Source of the DNA: Mobula hypostoma
Taxonomy: Eukaryota
DNA length: 64,000 nucleotides
Assembly: GCF_963921235.1 (NCBI RefSeq)
Contig: NC_086102.1
Location: 96,038,001-96,102,000, forward strand
Direction: 5' to 3'
Shown here: in pieces, positions 11,905 through 25,600 of the stretch
Numbering within the stretch: position 1 is the first letter of the stretch
Layout of the letters: the number at the start of each line of letters is the position of its first letter
The notes under the pieces: model-generated
Seen by the model: the letters and a program-made list of their open reading frames with translations, nothing else
Told to the model about the DNA's origin: nothing
Databases searched by the model: none
Translations under genes and position numbers: made by a program

Positions 11905-12214
11905 CTGTAACCATGTAAAAGAGAGTACTTATGGTGCCATATCACCCTTCCTGAACTGCTCCACAGCTTACCCAGTACTTCTACTGCACTCCTTCCTACA
12001 GTACTAAAATGGAAATTCTTTAATTTGTGGCACTGGAGTATAGGACTTCTATGCACAGAATAAATGTACATTTTAAAGCTATATGTGAGGTGGGAAATAG
12101 GTTTGCCACAATGAAAAGCAATTCTATCAAGTGTCATGGACTCACTAATAGAAGAGTGAAGAAGCACAGAAGAACGAAGCTCATTCTGTGCTTGCTCCAC
12201 TGCAAATCTTAGAA

Positions 12215-13015
12215 CCGATATATTAACGGGTTGTCCCATGGAGGGGCCAATGCACAGGATCAGAAAAAGCTGCAGAGGCTTGTAAACTCAGCTAGTTCCA
12301 TCACAGGCCCTCGCCTCCGCACCATCGAGGACATCTTCAAATGGCGATAACTCCAGAAACCAATATTCATCAGTAAGGACTAGATCGGGTGGATGTGGAG
12401 AGGATGTTTCCTGTGGTGGGGGTATCCAGAACTAGAGGGCACAGCCTCAAATTTGAGGGCGACCTTTTATGTTTGTAGAAAGAAGATAAGGAGGAATTTT
12501 TTTTAGCCAGAGAAGGGCGAATCTGTTGAATGCTCTGCCACAGTGGGTGGAGGCCAAGTCAGTGGGTATACTTAAGGCGGAAGTTGATCATTTCCTGATC
12601 AGTCAGGGCATCAAAGGATATGGTGAGAAGGCAGGTGTATGAGGTTGAGTGGTTTCCGGGATCAGCCATGATTGAATGGCGGAGTAGAGTCGATGGGCTG
12701 AATGGCCTAATTCTGCTTCTATGTCTTATGGTCTTATGGACCCTGATTATCCACGACAAGCCCTCTTCTCATTGCTACCATCAGGGAGTATGTGTTTGAA
12801 AACAAACACTCAACATTTTAGGAACAGCTACTTCCCCACTGCCATCAGATTTCTGAATGATCCATGAACCCATGAAAACTGCCTCATTTTTTTGTTCTCT
12901 TTTTTGTGCGATGTATTTTCTAACTCTCTGTAATTTACAGTGATTTGATATATTTTCCTGTGCTTCTGCCGCAAAACAACAAATGTCATAACATGTGTCA
13001 ATTACAATAAACTTA
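12215..13015 (+). mobile_element. Rex1/Babar-like LINE 3' part, interrupted by a CR1 fragment
   Basis: KKLQRLVNSA..IT, then KD|P..P...LFSLLPSG...FRNSYFPTAIRFLN; 3' UTR ends gcaaaacaacaaat...aataaac. Confidence 0.65.
12381..12738 (+). mobile_element. CR1 3' fragment, same tail family as 3151-6042
   Basis: RNFFSQR..NL.NALP; tail tcttatggtcttat; flanked by ggac/ggac (possible 4-bp TSD). Confidence 0.8.
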
Positions 13016-14078
13016 TCTGATCTGATCTGCTATCCCCCTCTGTTGTTTCTGACCTGATCTGATCTGCTATCCCCCGTCATGTCTGATCTGATCTGCTATC
13101 CCCCTCTGTTGTTTCTGACCTGATCTGATCTGCTATCCCCCGTCGTGTCTGATCTGATCTGCTATCTCCCTCTGTTGTGTCTGACCTGATCTGATCTGCT
13201 ATCCCCCGTCGTGTCTGATCTGATCTGCTATCCCCCTCTGTTGTTTCTGACTTGATCTGATCTGCTATCCCCCCTCGTGTCTGATCTGGTCTGCTATCCC
13301 CCTCTGTTGTTTCTGACTTGATCTGATCTGATCTGCTATCCCCCGCCGTGTCTGATCTGATCTGCTATCCCCCTGTCGTGTCTGATCTGATCTGATATCC
13401 CCCTCTATTGTGTCTGACCTGATCTGATATCCCCCTGTCGTGTCTGATCTGATCTGCTATCCCTCTGTCGTGTCTGACCTGATCTGATCTGCTATCTCTG
13501 TCTTGTCTGATCTGATCTGCTATCCTCTGTCGTGTCTGATCTGATCTGCTATCCCCCTGCATTGTCTGATCTGATCTGCTATCCCCCTGCATTGTCTGAT
13601 CTGATCTGCTATCCCCCTGCATTGTCTGATCTGATCTGATCTGCTATCCCCCTGTCATGTCTGATCTGATCTGCTATCCCCCTGCATTGTCTGATCTGAT
13701 CTGCTATCCCCCTGTCATGTCTGATCTGATCTGCTATTCCCCTGCATTGTCTGATCTGATCTGCTAAGCCCCTATCGTGTCTGATCTGATCTGCTATCCC
13801 CCTGTCATGTCTGATCTGATCTGCTATTCCCCTGCATTGTCTGATCTGATCTGCTAAGCCCCTATCGTGTCTGATCTGATCTGCTATCCCCCTCTGTTGT
13901 GCCTGATCTGATCTGATCTGCTATTCCCGTCATGTCTGACCTGATCTGATCTGCTATCCCCCTGTCATGTCTGACCTGATCTGATCTGCTATCCCCCCGT
14001 CGTGTCTGATCCGATTTGCTATCACCTTCTGTCGTGTCTGATCTGATCTGATCTGTTATCACTCTCTGTCATGTCTGA
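13014..14078. repeat. Compound (GATCT)n minisatellite, units about 28-40 bp
   Basis: Repeats of gtctgatctgatctgctatccccctgtcgt with variants. Confidence 0.95.
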
Positions 14079-14439
14079 AGCACTTTTCCCCTGGAACATT
14101 AAGTCGTCAGTCCTGCATAATTCACTAGCTTGTGCTGTTTTCCTCTGAGAAGCCATTCCTCACAGTATCGAAAACAATATGCCTGAATGACGACAAAGGA
14201 CTCATGAACTAACTGCCTGCACTTCCTGCTCTGCTTTTACGGCCAGCCATCTCCTCTCTTGCTGCATAACCCACTCGCTGAACAGTTACTGCATTCCAAA
14301 AGCTCCACAGCATCAGTGAAATATCGAATGAATGCAAGTGGAAGCACAGACATTACTGCTGTCACATGGAAAAGACTGTATGTGAAGAGAATGGTGTTGA
14401 TAAAAATGAACAGGTAGTATACTGACTGACCTCTACCTT

Positions 14440-16600
14440 GCTGAGGGCAGGCGGCGACTCTCGGACACCTCCTCATACCTACCCCTCGAAGGGGACCCTT
14501 CTCTGGACCAGCATATCAGACCTCATCAACTCTGGAGAACTCCTACCCACTGACACCAAACTCGTAGTCCCCTTACCCTGCACTGTCTGATTCTACCACC
14601 CCTACCCAAGATCCACAAACCTGACTGTCCAGGTAGGCCTATTGCCTCCACCTGCTCCTGCCCCACTGAACTCATGTCCTCATTCCTCAATTCTGTTCAG
14701 TTCCCCCTTTGGTTCAGTCTCTTCCCACCCACATCCACGACACTTCTCACGTTCTCGATCCCCTCAGTAACTTTCCATTCCCTGGCCCTGACCGCCTCAT
14801 TTCATCATGGATGTCCAGTCCCTATACACTGAATACCCCATTAAGGCCTTGAAACTCTCCGCTTCTGTATCAATGAAAGAACCAACTGGGTCCCCTCCAC
14901 CACCAGCCTCCTCTGTCTGGCAGAACTGGTCACCACCCTCGACAACGAACGCAGAACCGGTCCCCACCCTCGACAACGGTCACGGAACCGGTCCCTGCCC
15001 TCGACAACGACCACGGAACCGGTCCCCACCCTCGACAGGGATCGCAGAACCGGTCCCCACCCTCGACGAGAATCACAGGACCAGTTCCCACCCTCGACAC
15101 GGATCACAGAACCATTCCCCGCCCTTGGCGGCGACCGAGGAGCTGGTCCCCACCCTCGACAGCGACCATGGAACCGGTCCCCACCCTTGACGACGACCAC
15201 AAAACTGGTCCCCACCCTCGACGATGATCACCAAACCGGTCCCCACTCTCAACAGGGATCACAGAACCGGTCCCCACCCTCGGCAGTGACCACGGAACCA
15301 GTACCCACCCTCGACGACGAACGCAGAACCGGTCCCCACCTTCGACAACGAGCACAGAACCAATCCCCACCCTCGACAGGGATCACAGAACCGGTCCCCA
15401 CCTTCGACAACCATCACCAAACCGGTCCCCACCCTCGACAGGGATCACAGAACCAGTCCCCACCCTCGAGAGGGATCACAGAATCGGTCCCCACCGTTGG
15501 CGGCGACCACAGAACTGGTCCCCACCCTCGGCGGTGACCACAGAACCAGTCCCCACCCTCGACGACGAACGCAGAACCGGTCCCCACCCTCGACAACGAT
15601 CAGCAAACCGGTCCCCACCCTCAACAGGGATCACAGAACCGGTCCCCACCCTCGGCAGTGACCACGGAACCGGTACCCACCCTTGACAACGAACGCAGAA
15701 CCAGTCCCCACCTTCGACAACGAGCACAGAACCAATCCCCACCCTTGACAGGGATCACAGAACCGGTCCCCACCCTCGACAGGGATCACAGAACCGGTCC
15801 CCACCTTCGACAACGAGCACAGAACCAATCCCCACCCTCGACAGGGATCACAGAACCGGTCCCCACCCTCGACAGGGATCACAGAATCGGTCCCCACCCT
15901 CGGCGGCGACCACAGACCGGTCCTCACCCTCGACGGCGACCACAAAACCGGTCCCCACCCTCAACATTGAGCACAGAACCGCTCCCCACCCTCGACGTCG
16001 ACCACAAAACTGGTCCCCACCCTCGATGGCGACCACAAAACTGGTCCCCACCCTCAACAACGATCCCTTTGGCTCCTCCCATTTCTCCAGATTCGAAGTG
16101 CAGCTATGGGCTCCTGCATGGGACCCAGCTATGCCTACCTCTTCATTGGTTACATAGAATAATTCAGGTTCCAAGCTTTCCCTCGTAATGCTCCCAACTC
16201 TTACTCCGCTACACTGATGACTTCATGCACCCATGCTGAGCTCTTCAATTTCATCAACTTTGCCTCCAACTTTCACCCTGCCCATGAATTCACATTCCCT
16301 ATTTCTGACACACCTCTCCCCTTTCTTGATCTCTCTGTCTCCACCTGTGGAGACAAACTATCACTCGACACCTTTTATAAACCTACCAATGCCCACAGTT
16401 ATTGTGACTATACCATTTCCCAACCTGTCTCCAATAAAAATGCCATTACCTTTCCTCAGTTCCTTCATCCACCACATAAGTTCGCTGAACACGACTTTCC
16501 TTTTCAGGGCAGAAGAGGGTTTCCCTTTCTCCTTCATTACCGCTGTTGTCACCCACAACACCGTCACCTCCCGAACACCCGTGGTCACCCCTTCACACCG
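14440..16600 (+). mobile_element. Decayed Penelope-like retroelement RT region, split by a minisatellite
   Basis: Colinear motifs: LPKIHKPDCPGRPI (about 14603), MDVQSLYT (14807), LAELV-TL-N (14917), AMGSCMGPSYAYLFIGY (about 16102), RYTDD (16207), FINFASNFHP, LPFLDL, FYKPT...HSY.DY (ORF 16217..16705). Confidence 0.88.
14920..16062. repeat. 31-bp CpG-rich minisatellite, about 37 copies
   Basis: Consensus approximately acagaaccggtccccaccctcgacaacgacc; period 31 (14920, 14951, 14982...). Confidence 0.95.
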
Positions 16601-19600
16601 ATAGAGATCCACATGTCGTTACCCACCACCCCATGGTCACGCCTTCACACTGAGAGAGATCCTCTTGTCATTACTCACCACCCCATGGTCACCCCTTCGC
16701 ACTGACAGAGTTCAATTTGTCGTTACCCACCACACAATGGTCACCCCTTCACACTGAGAGAGTTCATCTTCTCATTACCCACCACCCCACAGTCAACCCT
16801 TCACACTGATACAGTTCATCTCGTCCTTATTACCACCCCATGGACACCCCTACATGCTGAAAGAGATCCTCTTCTCCTTACCCACCACCCCATGGTCACT
16901 CCTTCACACTGATAGAGTTCATCTTGTCGTTACCCACCACCCCATGGTCACGCCTTCACACCGATAGAGTTCATCTTGTCCTCACCTACCACCCCACGGT
17001 CACCCCTTTGCACCAATAGAGTTCATCTTGTCGTTACTCACCACCCCATAGTCACCCCTTCGCACTGATAGAGTACATCTTGTCCTTACCCACCACACAA
17101 TGGTCACCCCTTCACAGAGATAAGAGTTCATCTTGTCGTTACCATCTACCCCACGGTCACCCCTTCGCACTGATGGAGGTCATCTTGTCCTCACCCACCA
17201 CCCCATGGTCACCCTTTCACACTGATAGAGTACCTCTTGTCGTTACCCACCACTCCATGGTCACCCGTTCACATTAATTGAGTTCATCTTCTCCTTACTC
17301 ACCACCCCATTGTCACCCCTTCACACCGATAGAGTTCATTTTGTCGTTACCCACGACCCAATGGTCATCCCTTCAGACTGAGAGAGTTCATCTCATCCTC
17401 AACCACCACCCCATGCTCATCCCTTCACACCGACAGAGTTCATCTTGTCCTCACCCACCACCCCACGGTCACCCTTTCACACTAATACAGTTCAACTTCT
17501 TGTAACCCTCCACCACACTGTCAGCCCAACACACTGATAGACTTCATCATTTCCTTACCCACCAACCCCATGGTCACCCCTTCACACAGATAGAGATCCT
17601 CTTGTCGTTACTCACCACCCCATGGTCACCCCTTCACTCCGATAGAGTTCATCTTGTTGTCACTCACCACACCAAGATCACCCCTTAAAATTGAGAGAGT
17701 TCATCTTGTCGTTACCCTCCACCTCATGGTCACCCCTTCACACCGACAGAGTTCATCTTGTCGTTACTCACCACCCATGGTCACCTCTTCACTCCAAGAG
17801 AGTTCAACTTGTTGTTACCCTCCACACAATAGTCACCCCTTCACACTGAGAGAGTTCATTTGTCCTGACTCACCACCCCATGGTCAACGCTTCACACCGA
17901 TAGAGTTCATCTTGTCATTACCCACCACCCCATGGTCACCCCTTCACACTGATAAAGTTCATCTTGCCCATACCCACGACACCATGGACACCCCTTCACA
18001 CCGATAGAGTTCACCTTGTCTTATCCACCACCCCATGGTCAACCCTTCACATCGCCAGAGTTCATCCTGTCGTTACCCACCACCCCATAGTCACGCCTGC
18101 ACACTGATAGAGATCCTCTTGTCATTACTCACCACACCATAGTCACCCCTTCACATTGATAGAATTCATCTTGTCCTTACCCACCACCCCATTGTCACCC
18201 CTTCACACCGACAGAGTTCATTTTGTCGTTACCCACCACCCCATGGTCACCCCTTCACACTGATAGACTTCATCTTGACCTTACTCACCACATCACGGTC
18301 ACCCTTTCGCACTGATAGAGTACATCTTGTCCTTACCACCACACAATCGCTACCCCTTCAAAATGATAGAGTTCATCATGTCTTTACCCACCACCCCATG
18401 GTCTCCCCTTCACACCGATAGAGTTCACCTTCTCCTCACCCACCGCTCCATGGTCACCCCTTCACACTGATAGAATTCATCTTGTCGTTACCCACCACCC
18501 CATGGTCACGCCTGCACACTGATAAAGTTCATCTTGTCGTTACTCACCACCCCATGGTCACCCGTCCACACTGATAGAATTCATCTTGTCATTACCCACC
18601 ACCCCATGGTCACGCCTGCACACTGATAGAGATCCTCTTGTCGTTATCCACCTCACCATAGTCACCCCTTCACACTGATAGAATTCATCTTGTCCTTACC
18701 CACCACCCCATGGTCACCCCTTCACACTGATAGAGTTCATCATGTCTTTACCCACAACACCATAGTCTCCCATTCACACCGACAGAGTTCACCTTCTCCT
18801 CACCCACCACTCCATGGTAACCCTTTCACACCGACAGAGTTCATCTTGTCGTTACCATCCACCCCACGGTCACCCCTTCGCACTGATAAAGAGGTCATCT
18901 TCCCCTTACCCACCACCTCCTGGTCACCCCTTCACACCGGTAAGAGTTCACCTTGTCCTCACCCACCACCCCATGGTCACCCGTTCACACCGACAGAGTT
19001 CATCTTGTCTTTACACACCACCCCATGGTCACCTCTTCACACCGAAAAGAGTTCATCTTGTCCTCACCCACCACCCCACGGTCACCCTTTCACACTAATA
19101 CAGTTCATCTTCTCGTAACCCTCCACCACACTGTCAGCCCAACACACTGATAAAGACTTCATCATTTCCTTACCCACCAACCCCATGGTCACCCCTTCAC
19201 ACAGATAGAGATCCTCTTGTCGTTACTCACAACCCCATGGTCACCCCTTCACTCCGACAGAGATCCTCTTGTCGTTACACACCAGCACATGGTCACCCCT
19301 TCACACTGATAAGTTCATCTTGTCATTACTCACCACACCAAGGTCACCCCTTAAAACTGAGAGAGTACATCTTGTCGTTACCCTCCACCCCATGGCCACC
19401 CCTTCGAAGTGATAAGAGTTCATCTTGTCCTTTCCCACAACTCCATGGTCACCCCTTCACACCGACGGAGTTCAACTTGTCGTTACCCACCACACAATGG
19501 TCACCTCTTCACACTGAGACAGTTCATCTTGTCCTTACTCACCACCCCATGGTCACCCCTTCACACTGATAGAGTTCATCTTCTCGTTACCCACCACCCC

Positions 19601-22600
19601 ATGCACATCCTTTCACACCGGTAAGAGTTCACCTTGTCCTCACCCACAACCCCACGGTCACCCTTTCACACCGATACAGTTCACCTTGTCCTCACCCACC
19701 ACCCCATGGTCACCCCTTCACACTGATAAACTTCATCTTGTCCTTACCCACGACACCATGGACACATCTTCACACTGAGAGAGTTCACCTTGTCTTATCC
19801 ACCACCCCATGGTCACCCCTTCACACCGACAGAGTTCATCTTGTCGTTATCCACCACCCCATGGTCACCCCTTCACACTGATAGAGTTCATCTTCTCGTT
19901 ACACCACAACCCCATGCACATCCCTTCACACCGATACAGTTCATCTTCTCCTCACCTACCACCCCACGGTCACCCTTTTACACCGACAGAGTTCATCTTG
20001 TCGTTACCATCCACCCCACAGTCATCCCTTCGCACTGATAGAGTTCATCTTGTCCTTACCCACCACACCATGGTCCACCCTTCACACTGATAAGAGGTCA
20101 TCTTCTCCTTACCCACCACCCCATGGTCACCCCTTCACACCGGTAAGAGTTCACCTTGTCCTCACACACTACGCCATGGTCACCCTTTCACACTGCTAGA
20201 TTTCATCCTGTCGTTACCCACCACCCCACAGTCAACCCTTCACACCGATAGAGTTCATCTTGTTGTTACCCACCACTCCATGGTCACCCCTTCACACTGA
20301 TAAAGTTCATCTTGTCCTTACTCACCACCCCATGGTCAACGCTTCACACCGATAGAGTTCATCTTGTCCTCACCCACCACCCCATGCTCATCCCTTCACA
20401 CTGATAGAGTTCATCTTGTCCTTACTCACCACCCCATGGTCACCCCTTCACGCTGATAGAGATCCTCTTCTCGTTACCCACTTCCCCATGGTCACCCCTT
20501 CACACTGATAGAGTTCATCTTGTCCTTACCCACGACACCATGGACACCTCTTCACACTGATAGAGTTCACCTTGTCTTATCCACCACCCCATGGTCACCC
20601 CTTCACACCGACAGAGTTCATCTTGTCATTGCTCACCACCCATGGTCACCTCTTCACACCAATAGAGTTCAACTTGTCGTTACCCTCCACACAATAGTCA
20701 CCCCCTCACACTGACAGAGTTCATTTTGTCCTGACTCACCACCCCATGGTCAACGCTTCACACCGATAGAGTTCATCTTGTCGTTACCCACCACCCCATG
20801 GTCACCCCTTCACACTGATAAAGTTCATCTTCTCGTTACCCACCACCCCATGCACATACCTTCACACCGATACAGTTCACCTTGTCCTCACCTACCACCC
20901 CACGGTCACCCTTTCACACCGACAGAGTTCATCTTGTCCTTACCCACCACCCCATGGTCACCACTTCAGACTGGTAGGAGTTCCCCTTCTCCTCATCCAC
21001 CACTCCATGGTCACCCCTTCACACTGATAAAGTTCCTCTTGTCATTACCCACTACTCCATGGTCACCCCTTTACATTAATAGAGTTCATCTTGTCCTTAC
21101 TCACCAGCCCATGGTCACCCTGTCACAATGATAGATTTCATCCTGTCGTTACCCACCACCCCACAGTCAACCCTTCACACCGATAGAGTTCATTTTGTCG
21201 TTACCCACCACCCAGTGGTCATCCCTTCAGACTGAAAGAGTTCATCCTGTCCTCACCGACCACCCCATGCTCATCCCTTCACACTGATAGAGTTGATCTT
21301 GTTGTTACTCACCACCCCATGGTCACCCCTTCAAAATGATAGAGTTCGTCATGTCTTTACCCACCACCGTATGGGCACCCCTTCACACCGATACAGTTCA
21401 TCTTGTTCTCACCTACCACCCCTCGGTCACTCTTTCACACCAACAGAGTTCATCTTGTCGTTACCATCCACCCCATGGTCACCCCTTCGCACTGATAAGA
21501 GGTCATCTTCTCCTCACCCCCTGCCCCATGGTCACCCGTTCACACCGACAGAGTTCATCTTGTCTTTACACACCACCCCATGGTCACCTCTTCACACCGA
21601 AAAGAGTTCACCTTGTCCTCACCCACCACCCCACCGTCACCCTTTCACAATAATACAGTTCATCTTCTCGTAACCCTCCACCACACTGTCAGCCCTACAC
21701 ACTGATAGAGTTCATCATTTCCTTACCCACCACCCCATGGTCACCCCTTCACACAGATAGAGATCCTCTTGTCGTTACTCACCACCCCGTGGTTACCCCT
21801 TCACTCCGATAGAGATCCTCTTGTCGTTACACACCAGCACATGGTCACCCCTTCACTCCGATAGAGATCCGTTACACACCAGCACATGGTCACCCCATCA
21901 CACTGATAGAGTTCATCTTGTCGTTACTCACCACACCAAGGTTACCCCTTAAAACTGACAGAGTATATCTTGTCATTACCCTCCAACCCATGGTCACCCC
22001 TTCGAACTGCCAGAGTTCAACTTGTCCTTTTCCACCACCCCATAGTCACTCCTTCAAAGTGATAAGAGTTCATCTTGTTCTTTCCCACAACCCCATGGTC
22101 ATCCCTTCACACCGACAGAGTTCAACTTGTCGTTACCCACCACACAATGGTCACCCCTTCACACTGAGACAGTTCATCTTGTCGTTACTTACCACCCCAT
22201 GGTCACCCCTTCAAACTGATAGAGATCCTCTTCTCGTTACCCACCATCCCATGGTCACTCCTTCACACCGACACAGTTCATCTTGTCCTTACCCACAACC
22301 CCATGGTCACCCCTTCACACCGATACAGTTCATCTTGTCGTTACCCACCACCCATGGTCACCTCTTCACACCAATAGAGTTCAACTTGTCGTTACCCTCC
22401 ACACAATAGTCACCCCTTCACACTGAGAGAGTTTATTTTGTCCTGACTCACCACCCCATGGTCAACGCTTCACACTGAGAGAATTCATCTTGTCGTTACC
22501 CACCACCCCATGGTCATCCCATCACACCGATAGAGTTCATCTTGTCCTTACCCAAAACCCCATGGTCACCCCTTCACACCGATACAGTTCATCTTGTCGT

Positions 22601-25600
22601 TACCCACCACCCATGGTCACCTCTTCACACCAATAGAGTTCAACTTGTCGTTACCCTCCACACAATAGTCACTCCTTCACACTGAGAGAGTTCATTTTGT
22701 CCTGACTCACCACCCCATGGTCAACGCTTCACACTGAGAGAATTCATCTTGTCGTTACCCACCACCCCATGGTCACCCCTTCACACCGAGAGAGTTCATC
22801 TTGTCGTTACCAACCACCCCATGGTCACGCCTGCACACTGATAGAGATCCTCTTGTCATTACTCACCACCCCACGGTCATCCCTTCACACTGATAGAGTT
22901 CACCTTGTCCTCACCCACCACCCCATGGTCACTCCTTCACACTGATAAAGTTCATCTTGTCGTTACTCACCACCCCATGGTCACCCGTTCACACTGATAG
23001 AATTCATCTTGTCGTTACCCACCACCCCATGGTCACGCCTGCACACTGATAGAGATCCTCTTGTCGTTACTCACCACACCATCGTCACCCCTTCACACTG
23101 ATAGAATTCATCTTGTCCGTACCCACCACCCCATGGTCACGCCTGCACACTGATAGAGTTCATCATGTCTTTACCCACAACACCATAGTCTCCCATTCAC
23201 ACCGACAGAGTTCACCTTCCCCTCACCCACCACTCCATGGTAACCCTTTCACACCGACAGAGTTCATCTTGACGTTACCATCCACCCCACGGTCACCCCT
23301 TCGCACTGATAAGAGGTCATCTTCCCCCTACCCACCACCTCATGGTCACTCCTTCACACCAGTAAGAGTTCACCTTGTCCTCACCCACCACCCCATGGTC
23401 ACCCGTTCACACCGACAGAGTTCATCTTGTCTTTACACACCACCCCATGGTCACCACTTCACACAGATAGAGATCGTCTTGTCGTTACTCACAACCCCAT
23501 GGTCACCCCTGCACTCTGACAGAGATTCTCTTGTCGTTACACACCAGTACATGGTAACCCCTTCACACCGATAGGTTCATCTTGTCGTTACTCACCACAC
23601 CAAGGTCACCCCTTAAAACTGAGAGAGTACATCTTGTCGTTACCCTCCACCCCATGGCCACCCCTTCGAACTGATAGAGTTCATCTTGTCCTTGCCCACC
23701 ACCCCATGGTCACCCCTTCACACCGACAGAGTTCAACTTGTCGTTACCCACCACACAATGGTCACCTCTTCACACTGAGACAGTTCATCTTGTCGTTACT
23801 CACCACCCCATGGTCACCCCTTCACACTGATAGAGTTCATCTTGTCCTTAACCAACACTCCATGGTCCCCCTTCACACCGACAGAGTTCACCTTGTCGTT
23901 ACCCAGCACATCATGGTCACCCCTTCACACTGATAGAATTCATCTTGTCCTTACTCACCACCCCATGGTCACCCCTTCACACTGATAGAGTTCATCTTCT
24001 CGTTACCCACCACCCCATGCACATCCTTTCACACCGGTAAGAGTTCACCTTGTCCTCACCCACCACCCCACGGTCACCCTTTCACACCGATACAGTTCAC
24101 CTTGTCCTCACCCACCACCCCATGGTCACCCCTTCACACTGATAAACTTCATCTTGTCCTAACCCACGACACCATGGACACATCTTCCCACTGATAGAGT
24201 TCACCTTGTCTTATCCACCACACCATGGTCACCCCTTCACACCGACAGAGTTCATCTTGTCGTTACCCACCACCCCTTGGTCACCCCTTCACACTGATAG
24301 AGTTCATCTTCTCGTTACACACCACCCCATGCACATCCCTTCACACCGATACATGTTAATCTTGTCCTCACCTACCACCCCACGGTCACCCTTTTACACC
24401 GACAGAGTTCATCTTGTCGTTACCATCCACCACACGGTCACCCCTTCGCACTGATAGAGTTCATCTTGTCCTTACCCACCACACCATGGTCCACCCTTCA
24501 CACTGATAAGAGGTCATCTTCTCCTTACCCACCACCCCATGGTCACCCCTTCACACCAGTAAGAGTTCACCTTGTCCTCACACACCACCCCATGGTCACC
24601 CTTTCACACTGATAGATTTCATCCTGTCGTTACCCACCACCCCACAGTCAACCCTTCACACTGATAGAGTTCATTTTGTCGTTACCCACCACCCAATGGT
24701 CATCCCTTCAGGCTGAGAGAGTTCATCCTGTCCTCACCCACCACCCCATGCTCATCCCTTCACACTGATAGAGTTGATCTTGTCCTTACTCACCACCCCA
24801 TGGTCACCAATTCACACTGATACAGTTCATCTTGTCCTTACTCACCACCCCATGGTCACCCCTTCACACTGATAGAGTTCATCTTGTCCTTACTCACCAC
24901 CCCATGATCACCAATTCACACAGATACAGTTCATCATGTCCTTACTCACCACCCCATGGTCACCCCTTCACACTGATAGAGTTCATCTTGTCCTTACCCA
25001 CGACACCATGGACACCTCCTCACACTGATAGAGTTCACCTTGTCTTATCCACCACCCCATGGTCACCCCTTCACACCGACAGAGTTCATCTTGTCGTTAC
25101 TCACCACCCATGGTCACCTCTTCACACCAATAGAGTTCAACTTGTCGTTACCCTCCACACAATAGTCACCCCGTCACACTGACAGAGTTCATTTTGTCCT
25201 GACTCACCACCCCATGGTCAACGCTTCACACCGATAGAGTTCATCTTGTCGTTACCCACCACCCCATGGTCACCCCTTCACACTGATAGAGTTCATCTTG
25301 TCCTTACCCACGACACCATGGACACCCCTTCACACCGATCGAGTTCACCTTGTCTTATCCACCACCCCATGGTCAACCCTAAACACAGACAGAGTTCATC
25401 CTGTCGTTACCCACCACCCCAGGGTCACGCCTGCACACTGATAGAGATCCTCTTGTCATTACTCACCACACCATAGTCACCCCTTCACACTGATAGAATT
25501 CATCTTGTCCTCACCTACCACCCCACGGTCACCCTTTCACACCGACAGAGTTCATCTTGTCCTTACCCACCACACCATGGTCCCCCCTTCACACTGATAA

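Noticed and set aside
14807-16188. Pro/Thr-rich and Gly/Val-rich ORFs on both strands
   Set aside because: Products of the 31-bp minisatellite; only MDVQSLYT is a real RT remnant.
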